DNA of 64,000 bases from Coriobacteriia bacterium (lineage in GTDB: Bacteria > Actinomycetota > Coriobacteriia > Coriobacteriales > UBA8131): NCBI GenBank assembly GCA_009776725.1, contig WRNE01000002.1, positions 1 through 64,000 of the forward strand, written 5' to 3'. Of this stretch, positions 19,785 to 28,412 are shown piece after piece. The notes beneath the pieces are model-generated. The model searched no databases. It was not told where the DNA came from and worked only from the letters and a program-made list of their open reading frames with translations. A program made the position numbers and the translations under genes. Every line of letters begins with the position of its first letter. Position 1 is the stretch's first letter.

Positions 19785-21656
19785 CTACCTTCCATGCAGC
19801 CTGTTCCAAGCCTTTTGGACCAAAGGCAACCTATATACCCTGTTTACGAAGCTCTTTGTCTTCAAATAGTCTAAAAGGGTTGTTGTTTGTGGAGGCGCCT
19901 CTATCCTCCGTTCCGTGATCTTTTCGTAGAACGGGGACTTTCTGGCGTGCAGCCAAAACTCCTCAGCGTAATCGGAGTCAGGGGCATTCCAGGGCTTTTG
20001 TTCCCCTGCATAATGAATGATCCTTGGATGCTGGCGGGCTGTCAGGTATTGGGCAGCGACCTCAGACGGAGCCCATTTATTGATCAGCCTGAGACGGCCT
20101 TCACCTAATTGATGGTCGACCATGACGTTCCAGCTCGCATCCAGCAAATGGACCCTGCCTGTGCACAGCTTGTTTAAGACATCCTGGTCATAATAGATAA
20201 AGTCATATGAATAAGCCGTGTTTATCAATGTGTCGAAGTCAAAGCTCTTACGCATCTCTTCTAAGTTGAACAGTAAAACCCCTGCTTGGAAGTATGAGTA
20301 TGGGTCTTGCATGCCAAGGATGTTTTTCGTGTAGTTGTATCTTTGCATGCCATTGTTCAACTGTCTGCCTGGAACCATCAGGTCTTCGTTTATGCATGCC
20401 AAGTAATCAGCATCGATCACAGCTCCCAGCAAATTGTCCCCAATATCTTCATAGTATAAGCTAGCAATATCATCCATTATGATTATATCGCAGTCGAGAT
20501 ACACCACTTTCTTATACCCATGCATAATCTCAGGTATCAGGAAACGAAAGAACGTCTCAATGGTCACATGGCTGATGATGCCTGTAGTGCTCATTTCCTT
20601 GCCTTTGAAATACTCGCTGACATCGATAAAGTCCAGGCTTGCTTGAGGGTACCTGTCAAATTGTTTCTTCAAGGCCTGCTGATGGCCAGGGCTGATGTCG
20701 GTATTGAAGATAAAGACTTGGTATTCGTTTTGAATGCTGGTCTTGTCAAGCAAAGACGACAGGCAGACATCAAGGTAAGGCACGAAGTTGTCATTGGCAC
20801 AAAAAACAATGGGGATCGACCTGTCGCTGGCCGGCTTGATCGTATAAGGCTTCTTGGTTGATTTGAAAAGCACAATATCCAGCTCTTTTAGCTTATGCTG
20901 GCCAAGCTCTTTTTCGTATGTGTAAAAAATCCCAAACAAACGTTCTGCTATATGGCCAGTTGTCCTGAGCATCTGTATCGAGTAATGCGACATGTCTACA
21001 CGTTCTTCGTATACTCCAAGTATGTCAAAGAGCACTGGCAGCCATGTGTCCATCATCGCTTTAGACATAATAAACATATTACATGGATAAAATATATCAC
21101 TGTCGAAGTAAGTTACTGCTGTTTGGTATAGCCAGCCATACCTTTCACGGACGATATCAAGGACCTGGTCAATCGCTGAGTCAGGCAATACATCTGCTTT
21201 GCTCCAGTGCTCGCGGACAGAGACAGCATCTAGAAGGTCTGTTTTTATTGCTGCTGACGTGATGAAGTCAAAGCCACTGACTGCCTCAGAAATCGACTCG
21301 TCGTTCCATTGCAGGTCAAACAGAGCCTCGTCGTTTAAGCTCTCATACTCATAAACCCCATAGTTCTTGACCGCTTTTAAGGCCTGGGGGTTAAATGAGA
21401 ACAGTCTACGATAATGGCAAAAACCATAATAGTCAGCAGCTATGTTCTTCCAAGCCCAATAAAGGACAGTCAGCTCACAGTAACTCTTGTTTCTATATGA
21501 GATGTTCTCACCCTGGTTGTCTAGATACATACGGGAATGAGTCTCGCTTGTCTGGAAGTCCGCTCCAGCAATAACATTGTAGACATATGGAGAATCGATA
21601 CAAAAGTTATCGCTATTCGGACTGTGGGATATAAACAGCTTTATATCGGGATTCAC
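19785..21656 (-). CDS. Two-domain glycosyltransferase with an N-terminal DUF4422-like domain and a C-terminal GT8 (LPS 1,3-galactosyl/glucosyltransferase family) domain.
   Basis: The C-terminal half carries the GT8 features IPIVFCANDNF...YLDCDIIIMDDI (DxD). The N-terminal region is about 280 aa. Confidence 0.65.
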   Translation of the reverse strand: MNPDIKLFISHSPNSDNFCIDSPYVYNVIAGADFQTSETHSRMYLDNQGENISYRNKSYCELTVLYWAWKNIAADYYGFCHYRRLFSFNPQALKAVKNYGVYEYESLNDEALFDLQWNDESISEAVSGFDFITSAAIKTDLLDAVSVREHWSKADVLPDSAIDQVLDIVRERYGWLYQTAVTYFDSDIFYPCNMFIMSKAMMDTWLPVLFDILGVYEERVDMSHYSIQMLRTTGHIAERLFGIFYTYEKELGQHKLKELDIVLFKSTKKPYTIKPASDRSIPIVFCANDNFVPYLDVCLSSLLDKTSIQNEYQVFIFNTDISPGHQQALKKQFDRYPQASLDFIDVSEYFKGKEMSTTGIISHVTIETFFRFLIPEIMHGYKKVVYLDCDIIIMDDIASLYYEDIGDNLLGAVIDADYLACINEDLMVPGRQLNNGMQRYNYTKNILGMQDPYSYFQAGVLLFNLEEMRKSFDFDTLINTAYSYDFIYYDQDVLNKLCTGRVHLLDASWNVMVDHQLGEGRLRLINKWAPSEVAAQYLTARQHPRIIHYAGEQKPWNAPDSDYAEEFWLHARKSPFYEKITERRIEAPPQTTTLLDYLKTKSFVNRVYRLPLVQKAWNRLHGR

Positions 21657-21921
21657 TATATACCTCTGTTTCAGCCGCGTTTTAAAAAGTGCTGGTTTTT
21701 AAGACTTCCAAGACAGGCTTAAACTCGATTAGCACATACCTAATGAAACTAGATACGTCTTTTATACTGCATGCAACCTGTCCTCACTACTTGGGCTATA
21801 TTTTACATTATGGTTTAGTAGGATAGTGGTTCTTTTCTTATTGATATTAAAATGACACTTGTAGTTCATACTCTAAAGCAAGCTGACAATGAAACAGCCC
21901 GACTTGGCCTCCAGCCAAGGC

Positions 21922-23028
21922 CTAAGTTTGCATGAACTTGGCATACAGCTCGTCAAAGCTATTAAACACCTCGGCTTCCCTCCCTACTTTTATATATTCT
22001 TTTAGGTACTCGTCCATAATTGTGACAAAGGCTGTTTTGACTGCATGCAGGTCGTCTGGATCGAAATGCCTTAGTAAGTCGAACTTTGGGGTCCCTGAGA
22101 CTTCTCCAGTCATTTCATCAAGGTATTGCTGGGCGTTATAGGCAGCAAAAAAGGTAGCGCTTTTATCCGCTGCATCCGCACTGCGAATGATTTTGTTCCG
22201 GTAGTTGCACCATAGTTCCTCGTAAGTACCTCGGAGGTTATCAGATGTTGGAGATAACTTGTCAACGAACCGGTCGACCATTTCAAGGTATAGCCCCACC
22301 GTGCCCTTAAGCAAGGCAAACGCAGCATCGCGTATATCGTTTAAATCCTTGCTGCTGACAATCGCCAGACAATCCGTTTCGAAGCCTCTCGGCAGATACT
22401 GATAGGCCCGTAGTTCCTCGAGATACTGGCTAGGCCCGTGCTTCAGATAGGTATTGTTCATACTGACCACTGCATTCACAGAGTTATAGAGCACGCCGCC
22501 AACCGCAAGACGGACTGCACTGGTTTCCTCGGCAAGCAGGGCGTTTGCGTACTCTTCTTTGGCTTTGGCGATATATACGGCTGCCCGGTCCAGGCAAGGC
22601 CTCCCTATAGGCTTTGCCAACTCGTCCAAAGCTGCTTGTCGGTATCTCGTGAGCATGTCCAGATGTTCAGGCTTGGCCACATACAGGACTTCCATATCTA
22701 AAAGCTCGGCAGCCATTGGGCTTTCCAAGACAGATTGGGAGGCGAGGCGTGGCTCCCAAGGCGTGCAGTAAATATCGTAGCCCACGTCTCCCAGGATGAA
22801 ACTGAAGTTGATCTCCAAGCCTCTTTCAGTCACGTTGACAATGACCAAGTCTAAGTCGCTAAACTCATGAAAGTCGCCTTGGTTAAACGAGCCTGTCAGT
22901 CCAATCAGCCCAATATCGTCGGCAAAATCCCGTTTCGCCCGCTCAATAACCATTTCGATGATCTGCTGGTTCTTATGCAATAAGGACATTTTTGTCTGCT
23001 CTTCCATCTTTAACCTCGCAGTTTGCAA
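21922..23028 (-). CDS. Polymerase-beta-superfamily nucleotidyltransferase-domain protein of unknown specificity.
   Basis: The N-terminus has the minimal NTase motif GLTGSFNQGDFHEFSDLDLVIV (G-S...D-x-D). The C-terminal roughly 230 aa form a helical domain I cannot assign. Confidence 0.55.
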   Translation of the reverse strand: MQTARLKMEEQTKMSLLHKNQQIIEMVIERAKRDFADDIGLIGLTGSFNQGDFHEFSDLDLVIVNVTERGLEINFSFILGDVGYDIYCTPWEPRLASQSVLESPMAAELLDMEVLYVAKPEHLDMLTRYRQAALDELAKPIGRPCLDRAAVYIAKAKEEYANALLAEETSAVRLAVGGVLYNSVNAVVSMNNTYLKHGPSQYLEELRAYQYLPRGFETDCLAIVSSKDLNDIRDAAFALLKGTVGLYLEMVDRFVDKLSPTSDNLRGTYEELWCNYRNKIIRSADAADKSATFFAAYNAQQYLDEMTGEVSGTPKFDLLRHFDPDDLHAVKTAFVTIMDEYLKEYIKVGREAEVFNSFDELYAKFMQT

Positions 23029-23051
23029 GTACCCTTAAAGTACGGCACTGG

Positions 23052-23606
23052 TTAGCCGTTCTCAAGATTCCATGTTTTTATTTCTTGGTATGGAGTGTAT
23101 TTGTAGGCAACGAGCTTCAAGCGGTTGCTCTTGCCTCTAATGAAGCTAAACTGCCGCATCGCTATGGCAGTCGCCTTTTGTAGCCTGTCATCGTCTAATT
23201 GCATTGCTAGGCTGGTGTGTGGGATCCAATTATAGGGCAAATAGAACCCGTTCTCGCCAGCAGTCGAAAACGGCTCTACGATGCTGTTCGCCCAGATGCA
23301 GGCATTTAACAGGTACTCGTTTAACACAGCAGCAGCAAAAAGGGTGTGAGGCGTGAAAAAGCCTAGTGCAGGCCAGGCTATACTCCCGGTTTTGAGCATG
23401 GTTGTTTGTTTGTCCATCTCGTCTATTATCGGTTCGATATCCTCTGTAGAAAAACAAGCTAGGGATAAGTGCGGCGGGACTCCCACATCGACCAGATAGC
23501 TGCTGAGCCCGCTTTGCGCAATTGACTCGACAATGCTTTTGAACTCCGACTCCACAGCTTCTTCAAAACAGAGCATTAAGGTATAGTCCATATTACTTCT
23601 CCTCAT
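23052..23606 (-). CDS. 2H-phosphoesterase superfamily protein (LigT/ThpR-like RNA 2',3'-cyclic phosphodiesterase or 2'-5' ligase fold).
   Basis: Two H-x-S/T-x motifs (PPHLSLA and IPHTSLA) lie about 90 aa apart in a 184-aa protein. The gene sits 24 nt upstream of the NTase gene on the same strand. Confidence 0.7.
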   Translation of the reverse strand: MRRSNMDYTLMLCFEEAVESEFKSIVESIAQSGLSSYLVDVGVPPHLSLACFSTEDIEPIIDEMDKQTTMLKTGSIAWPALGFFTPHTLFAAAVLNEYLLNACIWANSIVEPFSTAGENGFYLPYNWIPHTSLAMQLDDDRLQKATAIAMRQFSFIRGKSNRLKLVAYKYTPYQEIKTWNLENG

Positions 23607-23780
23607 ATCAGTTCAGCTAAATAGGTTTAGGCTGTGTTTCTGGCTAGCCTACAAACGAAGTGTTCCGGCATACCGAAAGCCTACTGCAAGATCTCCAAAT
23701 CTTACATACGAAGCCAAAAAAGACCCGGGGATTTATATATCATATATGTATGCAAACCAGAAACTAAAAGAGAGACTTAA

Positions 23781-25001
23781 ATGACAAGTGATTATATCGT
23801 TTCAGTGATAATTCCTGCATATAATGCAGAACCTTACTTAAAAAGGTGCCTCGATTCAATTTGTTCACAAAGCCTACGTGAAATAGAGATCATTGTTGTA
23901 GACGATGGCTCGACAGACAAGACTTATGAAATAGCTTGTTCGTATGCTTCACAAGATGACCGAGTCAAGGCTTATACCCAGAAGAACAGTTATGCAGGGG
24001 TTGCCCGAAACACTGGAATGAAATACGCAACAGGAGAGTACCTGTCTTTTTTAGATGCAGACGACTTCTTCGATGCCAACATGCTCGAAAAGCTTGTCGG
24101 CAATGCCCGGGCCTATGATTCGGATGTGGTTATTTGCAGGTCGTTCTCATTTGATGACAATGATGAAAAGATAACACCGATGAATGAGTCGACCCATTAT
24201 TTGGAGCCAGGGACTGTCTATTCGCCTAGTGAGTTGTATGACCATATGTTCGAATACACAGTTGGTTGGGCTTGGGACAAACTCTTCAAACACGAGTTTG
24301 TCAAAATACACAATCTGGCCTTTCAAGACATTCGCAGTACCAATGACGCTTATTTTGTCTATATTGCCCTGGCGTTGGCACAAAGGATTAGCTACCTTGA
24401 CGACTATTTGGTCTATCACCGGGTCGGCAATGCCAATTCAATCGAGAACACTCGCTCCTTGTCCTGGCAAAACGCTTTTATCGCTGCGCAAGCGATTGAG
24501 CAACGTTTGATTGAGGAAGGCTTGTTTCAGTATTATGAGCGTTCCTACCTCCGTTGGCTGGTCTCTTTTAGCTATTGGAACCTTTGCACCTTGCATGGAG
24601 AGGCCAAGTCAGGGGTCTTTGACTCGATACTTGAAAATGTCATACCTCGGGTTTTACGAGAAGAGAAAGACCCTTTGATGGAGGCGTACTATTACGATTA
24701 CATCGACTTGTCTGCAAAGACACATGCCGAATTGCTGCACGACTGCATAAACGACTATTGGGCGAATAGCGAGTTAAAGGAAACAATAGGCATATTGGAC
24801 AGCCAAGCCAACCGATATGGGACAACGATCCTTAAACTGGTCCCTACACTGTCAAACGAGTTAGTCAGGTTAACGAAAGAGATTGAAAAGACCAACCTTG
24901 ACTACCAGACATCGGTATCGTATCGAATCGGCCGCTTCATAACCTACATACCAAGAACGTTGAAAACGTTCTACAACGAACGGCTTGCCAAACAGGGTTA
25001 G
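23781..25001 (+). CDS. GT2-family glycosyltransferase.
   Basis: The N-terminus has VSVIIPAYNAEPYLKRCLDSICSQSL...IIVVDDGSTD and a DAD motif (FLDADDF). Confidence 0.8.
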   Translation: MTSDYIVSVIIPAYNAEPYLKRCLDSICSQSLREIEIIVVDDGSTDKTYEIACSYASQDDRVKAYTQKNSYAGVARNTGMKYATGEYLSFLDADDFFDANMLEKLVGNARAYDSDVVICRSFSFDDNDEKITPMNESTHYLEPGTVYSPSELYDHMFEYTVGWAWDKLFKHEFVKIHNLAFQDIRSTNDAYFVYIALALAQRISYLDDYLVYHRVGNANSIENTRSLSWQNAFIAAQAIEQRLIEEGLFQYYERSYLRWLVSFSYWNLCTLHGEAKSGVFDSILENVIPRVLREEKDPLMEAYYYDYIDLSAKTHAELLHDCINDYWANSELKETIGILDSQANRYGTTILKLVPTLSNELVRLTKEIEKTNLDYQTSVSYRIGRFITYIPRTLKTFYNERLAKQG

Positions 25002-25139
25002 TGAAGCAGGAGATACAGGCAAGCAGGATTGCTGACTGGAGTAATTACAAAGGTTTCATAAAAATCTCACCAAAACTAGACAAACGTTGCATAAGATACC
25101 ATAAGGTTTATTCACTTTTTTAATGAGATTCGCTTCTAA

Positions 25140-25181
25140 CAAAACAGCAGGTCAGAGGCTGCTTTAATCCCTCTGACCTGC
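25140..25181 (-). terminator. Intrinsic terminator immediately downstream of tRNA-Thr.
   Basis: A perfect 12-bp stem (GCAGGTCAGAGG / CCTCTGACCTGC) with an 11-nt loop is followed on the minus strand by UGUUUUGUU. Confidence 0.7.
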
Positions 25182-25190
25182 GCATTCCCG

Positions 25191-25265
25191 TGGAGCTGGT
25201 GACAGGACTCGAACCTGCAACCGATTGATTACAAATCAATTGCGCTACCTTTGCGCCACACCAGC
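25191..25265 (-). tRNA. tRNA-Thr (anticodon UGU).
   Basis: A manual cloverleaf fold gives acceptor GCTGGTG/CACCAGC, D-stem GCGC/GCGC, anticodon stem ATTGA/TCAAT with loop TTTGTAA, and a T-arm containing GGTTCGAGTCC. The CCA end is encoded and the length is 75 nt. Confidence 0.8.
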
Positions 25266-25435
25266 TTACAAAAGATCTGGGACTTGAAAAACCACCCGGA
25301 TCATTAGACCCGGGCTTATCCCCATAAAACACTATACGGAGAGCAATTGCCCTCCTCCTACTCTAACCGCAATGCCATGCGACATTGTATGCGAAAGGCT
25401 CCTGGGATTTAACCCCTTGCATCGTCTAATATTAT

Positions 25436-25801
25436 ATGGTATATAATATTGCAGAAGTAATACTCTCCAAGAAACAGGAGGTGAATGTTTTGGGATTTCC
25501 AATTTCAGCCGCACTGCTCGATGCCTGTGTGCTGGCAAAACTGTCAGACAAAGACAGCTATGGGTACGAGATCACCAATGAGTTAAGTGATAGGCTACGA
25601 ATTTCAGAGTCAACAGTCTATCCGGTATTGCGGCGACTGCAGACTACAGGACTGCTTTCGACTTACGACCAACCCTATCAGGGCCGGATGCGCAGGTATT
25701 ATTCTCTAAGCGACCAGGGTGCTGAGCAATTAAGTGTTTTCCGTGACGATTGGCAGCAATTCGTCGATGACATTAGCGACTTATTAGGAAAGGATGTGTA
25801 A
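25436..25801 (+). CDS. PadR-family transcriptional regulator.
   Basis: It has the winged-helix PadR signature ...SYGYEITNEL...ISESTVYPVLRRLQTTGLL...GRMRRYYSLSDQG. The likely start is TTG at 25490, 8 nt after AGGAGGTG. The track ORF starts at 25436. Confidence 0.8.
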   Translation: MVYNIAEVILSKKQEVNVLGFPISAALLDACVLAKLSDKDSYGYEITNELSDRLRISESTVYPVLRRLQTTGLLSTYDQPYQGRMRRYYSLSDQGAEQLSVFRDDWQQFVDDISDLLGKDV

Positions 25802-26574
25802 TGGATACCAGCACTTATCTTGAACGACTTGAGTTTTTGCTCGCCGACTTGCCAGCAGCAGAGCGCCAGTATGCGATTGCCTATTACACTGAGTACTTGA
25901 TGGATGCTGAGCCTGAAGGAGCCAAGGCAGCCATGGCTGCTTTGGGAACCCCTGAAAGCCTTGCTGCACAGATCAAGGCAGATATCGCCATGCGCAGCAT
26001 GTCCAGTCCATCGACTCCATCGGCTGGCCAAAACAACAGTACAGCTGACACAAATGGGGCTAGTGCGAAAAACACCGGCCCACAAGGCGCATTCAATGCA
26101 GCCAGCCAGGCTTCAAGCCCTGGATACGAACAAGCCTACCCCTACCAGGGGCCAGGACAAAACCCGTCTATACCAGCAGAAAGCCCGAAGGATCAAAGCA
26201 AGTCGCCATTGAAAGTGATCTTGATCGTGCTTCTGGCAATCTTCGCCCTGCCTATCGGTATTCCCCTAGCGGCAGCTATCCTTGGCTTAGTGGTGGCAGT
26301 CTTTGCGACTGTAGGTTCTTTGATCCTTGCGATTTTCGCGATTGGTATATCTCTAATTGTCGCTAGTGTTTTTGTAATCGTAATTGGCTTTATTCTATTG
26401 TTTTCCCAGTGGGCAACAGGCTTGTTCTACTTGGGTTGTGGCTTGTTGCTCTTGTCGTTTACCCTGCTGTTCAACCTAGGGATGTTCTATCTCTTCTATT
26501 GGGTCTTCCGAGGTATCGCATATTTGTTCAATGCGATTCGCATGCGGCTCTCCAACCCGCCCAAAGCTGCTTAA
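25801..26574 (+). CDS. DUF1700-type membrane protein (PadR-associated, HAAS-like N-terminal helical domain plus C-terminal TM helices).
   Basis: The N-terminus is MDTSTYLERLEFLLADLPAAERQYAIAYYTEYLMD. A low-complexity linker follows, then a hydrophobic C-terminal half. Its start overlaps the PadR stop (TAATG). Confidence 0.65.
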   Translation: MDTSTYLERLEFLLADLPAAERQYAIAYYTEYLMDAEPEGAKAAMAALGTPESLAAQIKADIAMRSMSSPSTPSAGQNNSTADTNGASAKNTGPQGAFNAASQASSPGYEQAYPYQGPGQNPSIPAESPKDQSKSPLKVILIVLLAIFALPIGIPLAAAILGLVVAVFATVGSLILAIFAIGISLIVASVFVIVIGFILLFSQWATGLFYLGCGLLLLSFTLLFNLGMFYLFYWVFRGIAYLFNAIRMRLSNPPKAA

Positions 26575-26589
26575 CAGGAGGTTTTACAA

Positions 26590-27537
26590 ATGCCAAAACC
26601 AACAAAAATCATTCTTATCGCATCCGCCTTTTGTCTAGTGTCCGGCTTAGTACTAGGTTGTATCGGGGCAGCTTTTGGTGGAATAAGAGTAGTTTCGATC
26701 GGCTGGGACCACGGGCTTCGAGTGCTTGACCCAGAAGACTTTATAAGGGAAGAAGAGTCTCTTGACATAAGTAAGCCGATTAACCAATTGTCACTTGACG
26801 TTTCGGCCTGTGAGCTGACGATCAAAGAAGGGGTGAAATTCAATGTGACTGTCTACTACAGCAAGGTTTACTGGTCATATAAATATAGCCTGGATGACAC
26901 AAAAGGGGCATTAGATATATCGCTTTCCGCTTCGCTAGGCACTCCGATTGAGTTCGGCTTCTACTTTGCTTCGCCCAATGAACGTATCGCTCAGCTGGTC
27001 ATTACAATTCCTCGGTCAACAACCTTTAGCGAGGCTGACATTACCTGCAATGCTGCCTCTGTTGACTTAAGCGGCTTAAAGGCAGACAAGCTCTCACTGT
27101 ACTTGAATGCCTGTTCTTTTTACGGGAAGGCAATTGCCTGCCAGGAGCTTGTACTGCATATGAATGCCGGCTATATGCAACTCGACGACATAGTTGCTGC
27201 CGACTCAGCAAGCATTTCCTTAAATGCTGGGGATTTAAACATCAATGACTCAAGCTTTAGCAACCTAGGCTTCGATATGCAGGCTGGTGCGGCATATTAC
27301 CAAGGCAAGCTGGGAGGAGTCAATGACTTTGGTATTACGGCTGGATACCTGGAGATAGAGCTAAAGCAGGCCGAAGACGACATTGACTTTCGCTATGAGG
27401 TCGGCTTAGGGGACCTATCTATCAACGATAGAAGCTTTACGGGCATGTCTAGCGGCGGAAATGCCGGCTCTCGGAATGCCGACGTTCGCGTTAGCATCAA
27501 TGTCGAGTTCGGCTCGGTAAATGTCACAACACGTTAG
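26590..27537 (+). CDS. DUF4097-like putative beta-helical 'adhesin/head' domain protein with an N-terminal TM anchor.
   Basis: It has an N-terminal TM, repetitive beta-strand-like segments (ISLNAGDLNINDSSFSNLGFDMQAG...) and a strong RBS (AGGAGG). It sits in the conserved third position after PadR and DUF1700. Confidence 0.55.
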   Translation: MPKPTKIILIASAFCLVSGLVLGCIGAAFGGIRVVSIGWDHGLRVLDPEDFIREEESLDISKPINQLSLDVSACELTIKEGVKFNVTVYYSKVYWSYKYSLDDTKGALDISLSASLGTPIEFGFYFASPNERIAQLVITIPRSTTFSEADITCNAASVDLSGLKADKLSLYLNACSFYGKAIACQELVLHMNAGYMQLDDIVAADSASISLNAGDLNINDSSFSNLGFDMQAGAAYYQGKLGGVNDFGITAGYLEIELKQAEDDIDFRYEVGLGDLSINDRSFTGMSSGGNAGSRNADVRVSINVEFGSVNVTTR

Positions 27538-27629
27538 TATCGGGCCGTCTAGGTTTTAAAGGTTTGCTATATCGGCAGATGGGTATGTGGAGAACCACTT
27601 TGACGCAGCCATGCAGCAAAAAAACGCTA

Positions 27630-28412
27630 TTACAGCAATTGGTCACCCCGTCTTTCATAGTGCACATTCTGTTCGCATAGGTCCCCCCAGAAACGCTTTG
27701 GCATGAAACCCCGCTGTACAGTGGGGTTTTTGCGCTCCGGGATCGCAATCGTCTTAAAGAAGCGTTGCCAGAGCTTTTGGTACTGGTCCTCTTCTGGAAC
27801 CGACACCCTTATTGAGTCAGGTATGCCTTCGACTAGCCACCACTTCTTGGTATTGAAGACTCCAGACAAGCAGTGGGCTGCATCGAAGATTATGAAAGGC
27901 TGGATATTGAAGCGTGAGGCAAAGTGGGGCATGACCAAGGGTATGACATTGGCCTTCGGCTTCATCTGGGCGAAATAGAGCCCGCCTCCAATATCAGCAA
28001 AGCGTACGAACTGGATCATGAACCGGGCCTCTCTTTGCACTATGCGTATGATGTCATTGGCATCGGCAATAGCTGAATGCGAGATATGGGCCAAGGCCTT
28101 GTTGCCGTGCACCAGGCAGTATCGGACAAAGCGCAAGGCTACCCCTCCCCTGTCAGCATCGTCAGACAGGTATAGCCTTTTTACCATGTCATAAGAATCA
28201 GCCCCAGCATGGCCGACTAGCAAGGACTTTAAAGCCAAGGCCATGTCAACACTCGTAACAATCGGTACGTCGATGTTAAAGAGCGCTTCTTGGGGCTCTT
28301 CTCCGACTACAATGCTTGACGGATAGTCATTTGACTCTATGGCAACCTGGATTGCTGTCAACAGGCCCTCCAATGTGCCATCGGTCAAATAACGGAGCTG
28401 GCTTGCTTCCAT
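27630..28412 (-). CDS. TIGR03915/DUF4130-family probable DNA-metabolism protein, the partner of the radical-SAM repair protein.
   Basis: The C-terminal motif ...YQKLWQRFFKTIAIPERKNPTVQRGFMPKRFWGDLCE is characteristic of this family. The gene lies immediately downstream of the radical-SAM gene. Confidence 0.65.
   Translation of the reverse strand: MEASQLRYLTDGTLEGLLTAIQVAIESNDYPSSIVVGEEPQEALFNIDVPIVTSVDMALALKSLLVGHAGADSYDMVKRLYLSDDADRGGVALRFVRYCLVHGNKALAHISHSAIADANDIIRIVQREARFMIQFVRFADIGGGLYFAQMKPKANVIPLVMPHFASRFNIQPFIIFDAAHCLSGVFNTKKWWLVEGIPDSIRVSVPEEDQYQKLWQRFFKTIAIPERKNPTVQRGFMPKRFWGDLCEQNVHYERRGDQLL

Noticed and set aside
25280-25312. The CCCGG-N10-CCGGG hairpin with a T-run on the minus strand upstream of the tRNA.
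   Set aside because: The stem is short (5 bp) and sits upstream of the tRNA, not downstream of a gene. It is weak as a terminator and is mentioned only in context.
25120-25538. The minus-strand ORFs 25120-25332 and 25332-25538.
   Set aside because: They overlap the tRNA-Thr gene and its terminator or the PadR promoter, so they are not protein-coding.
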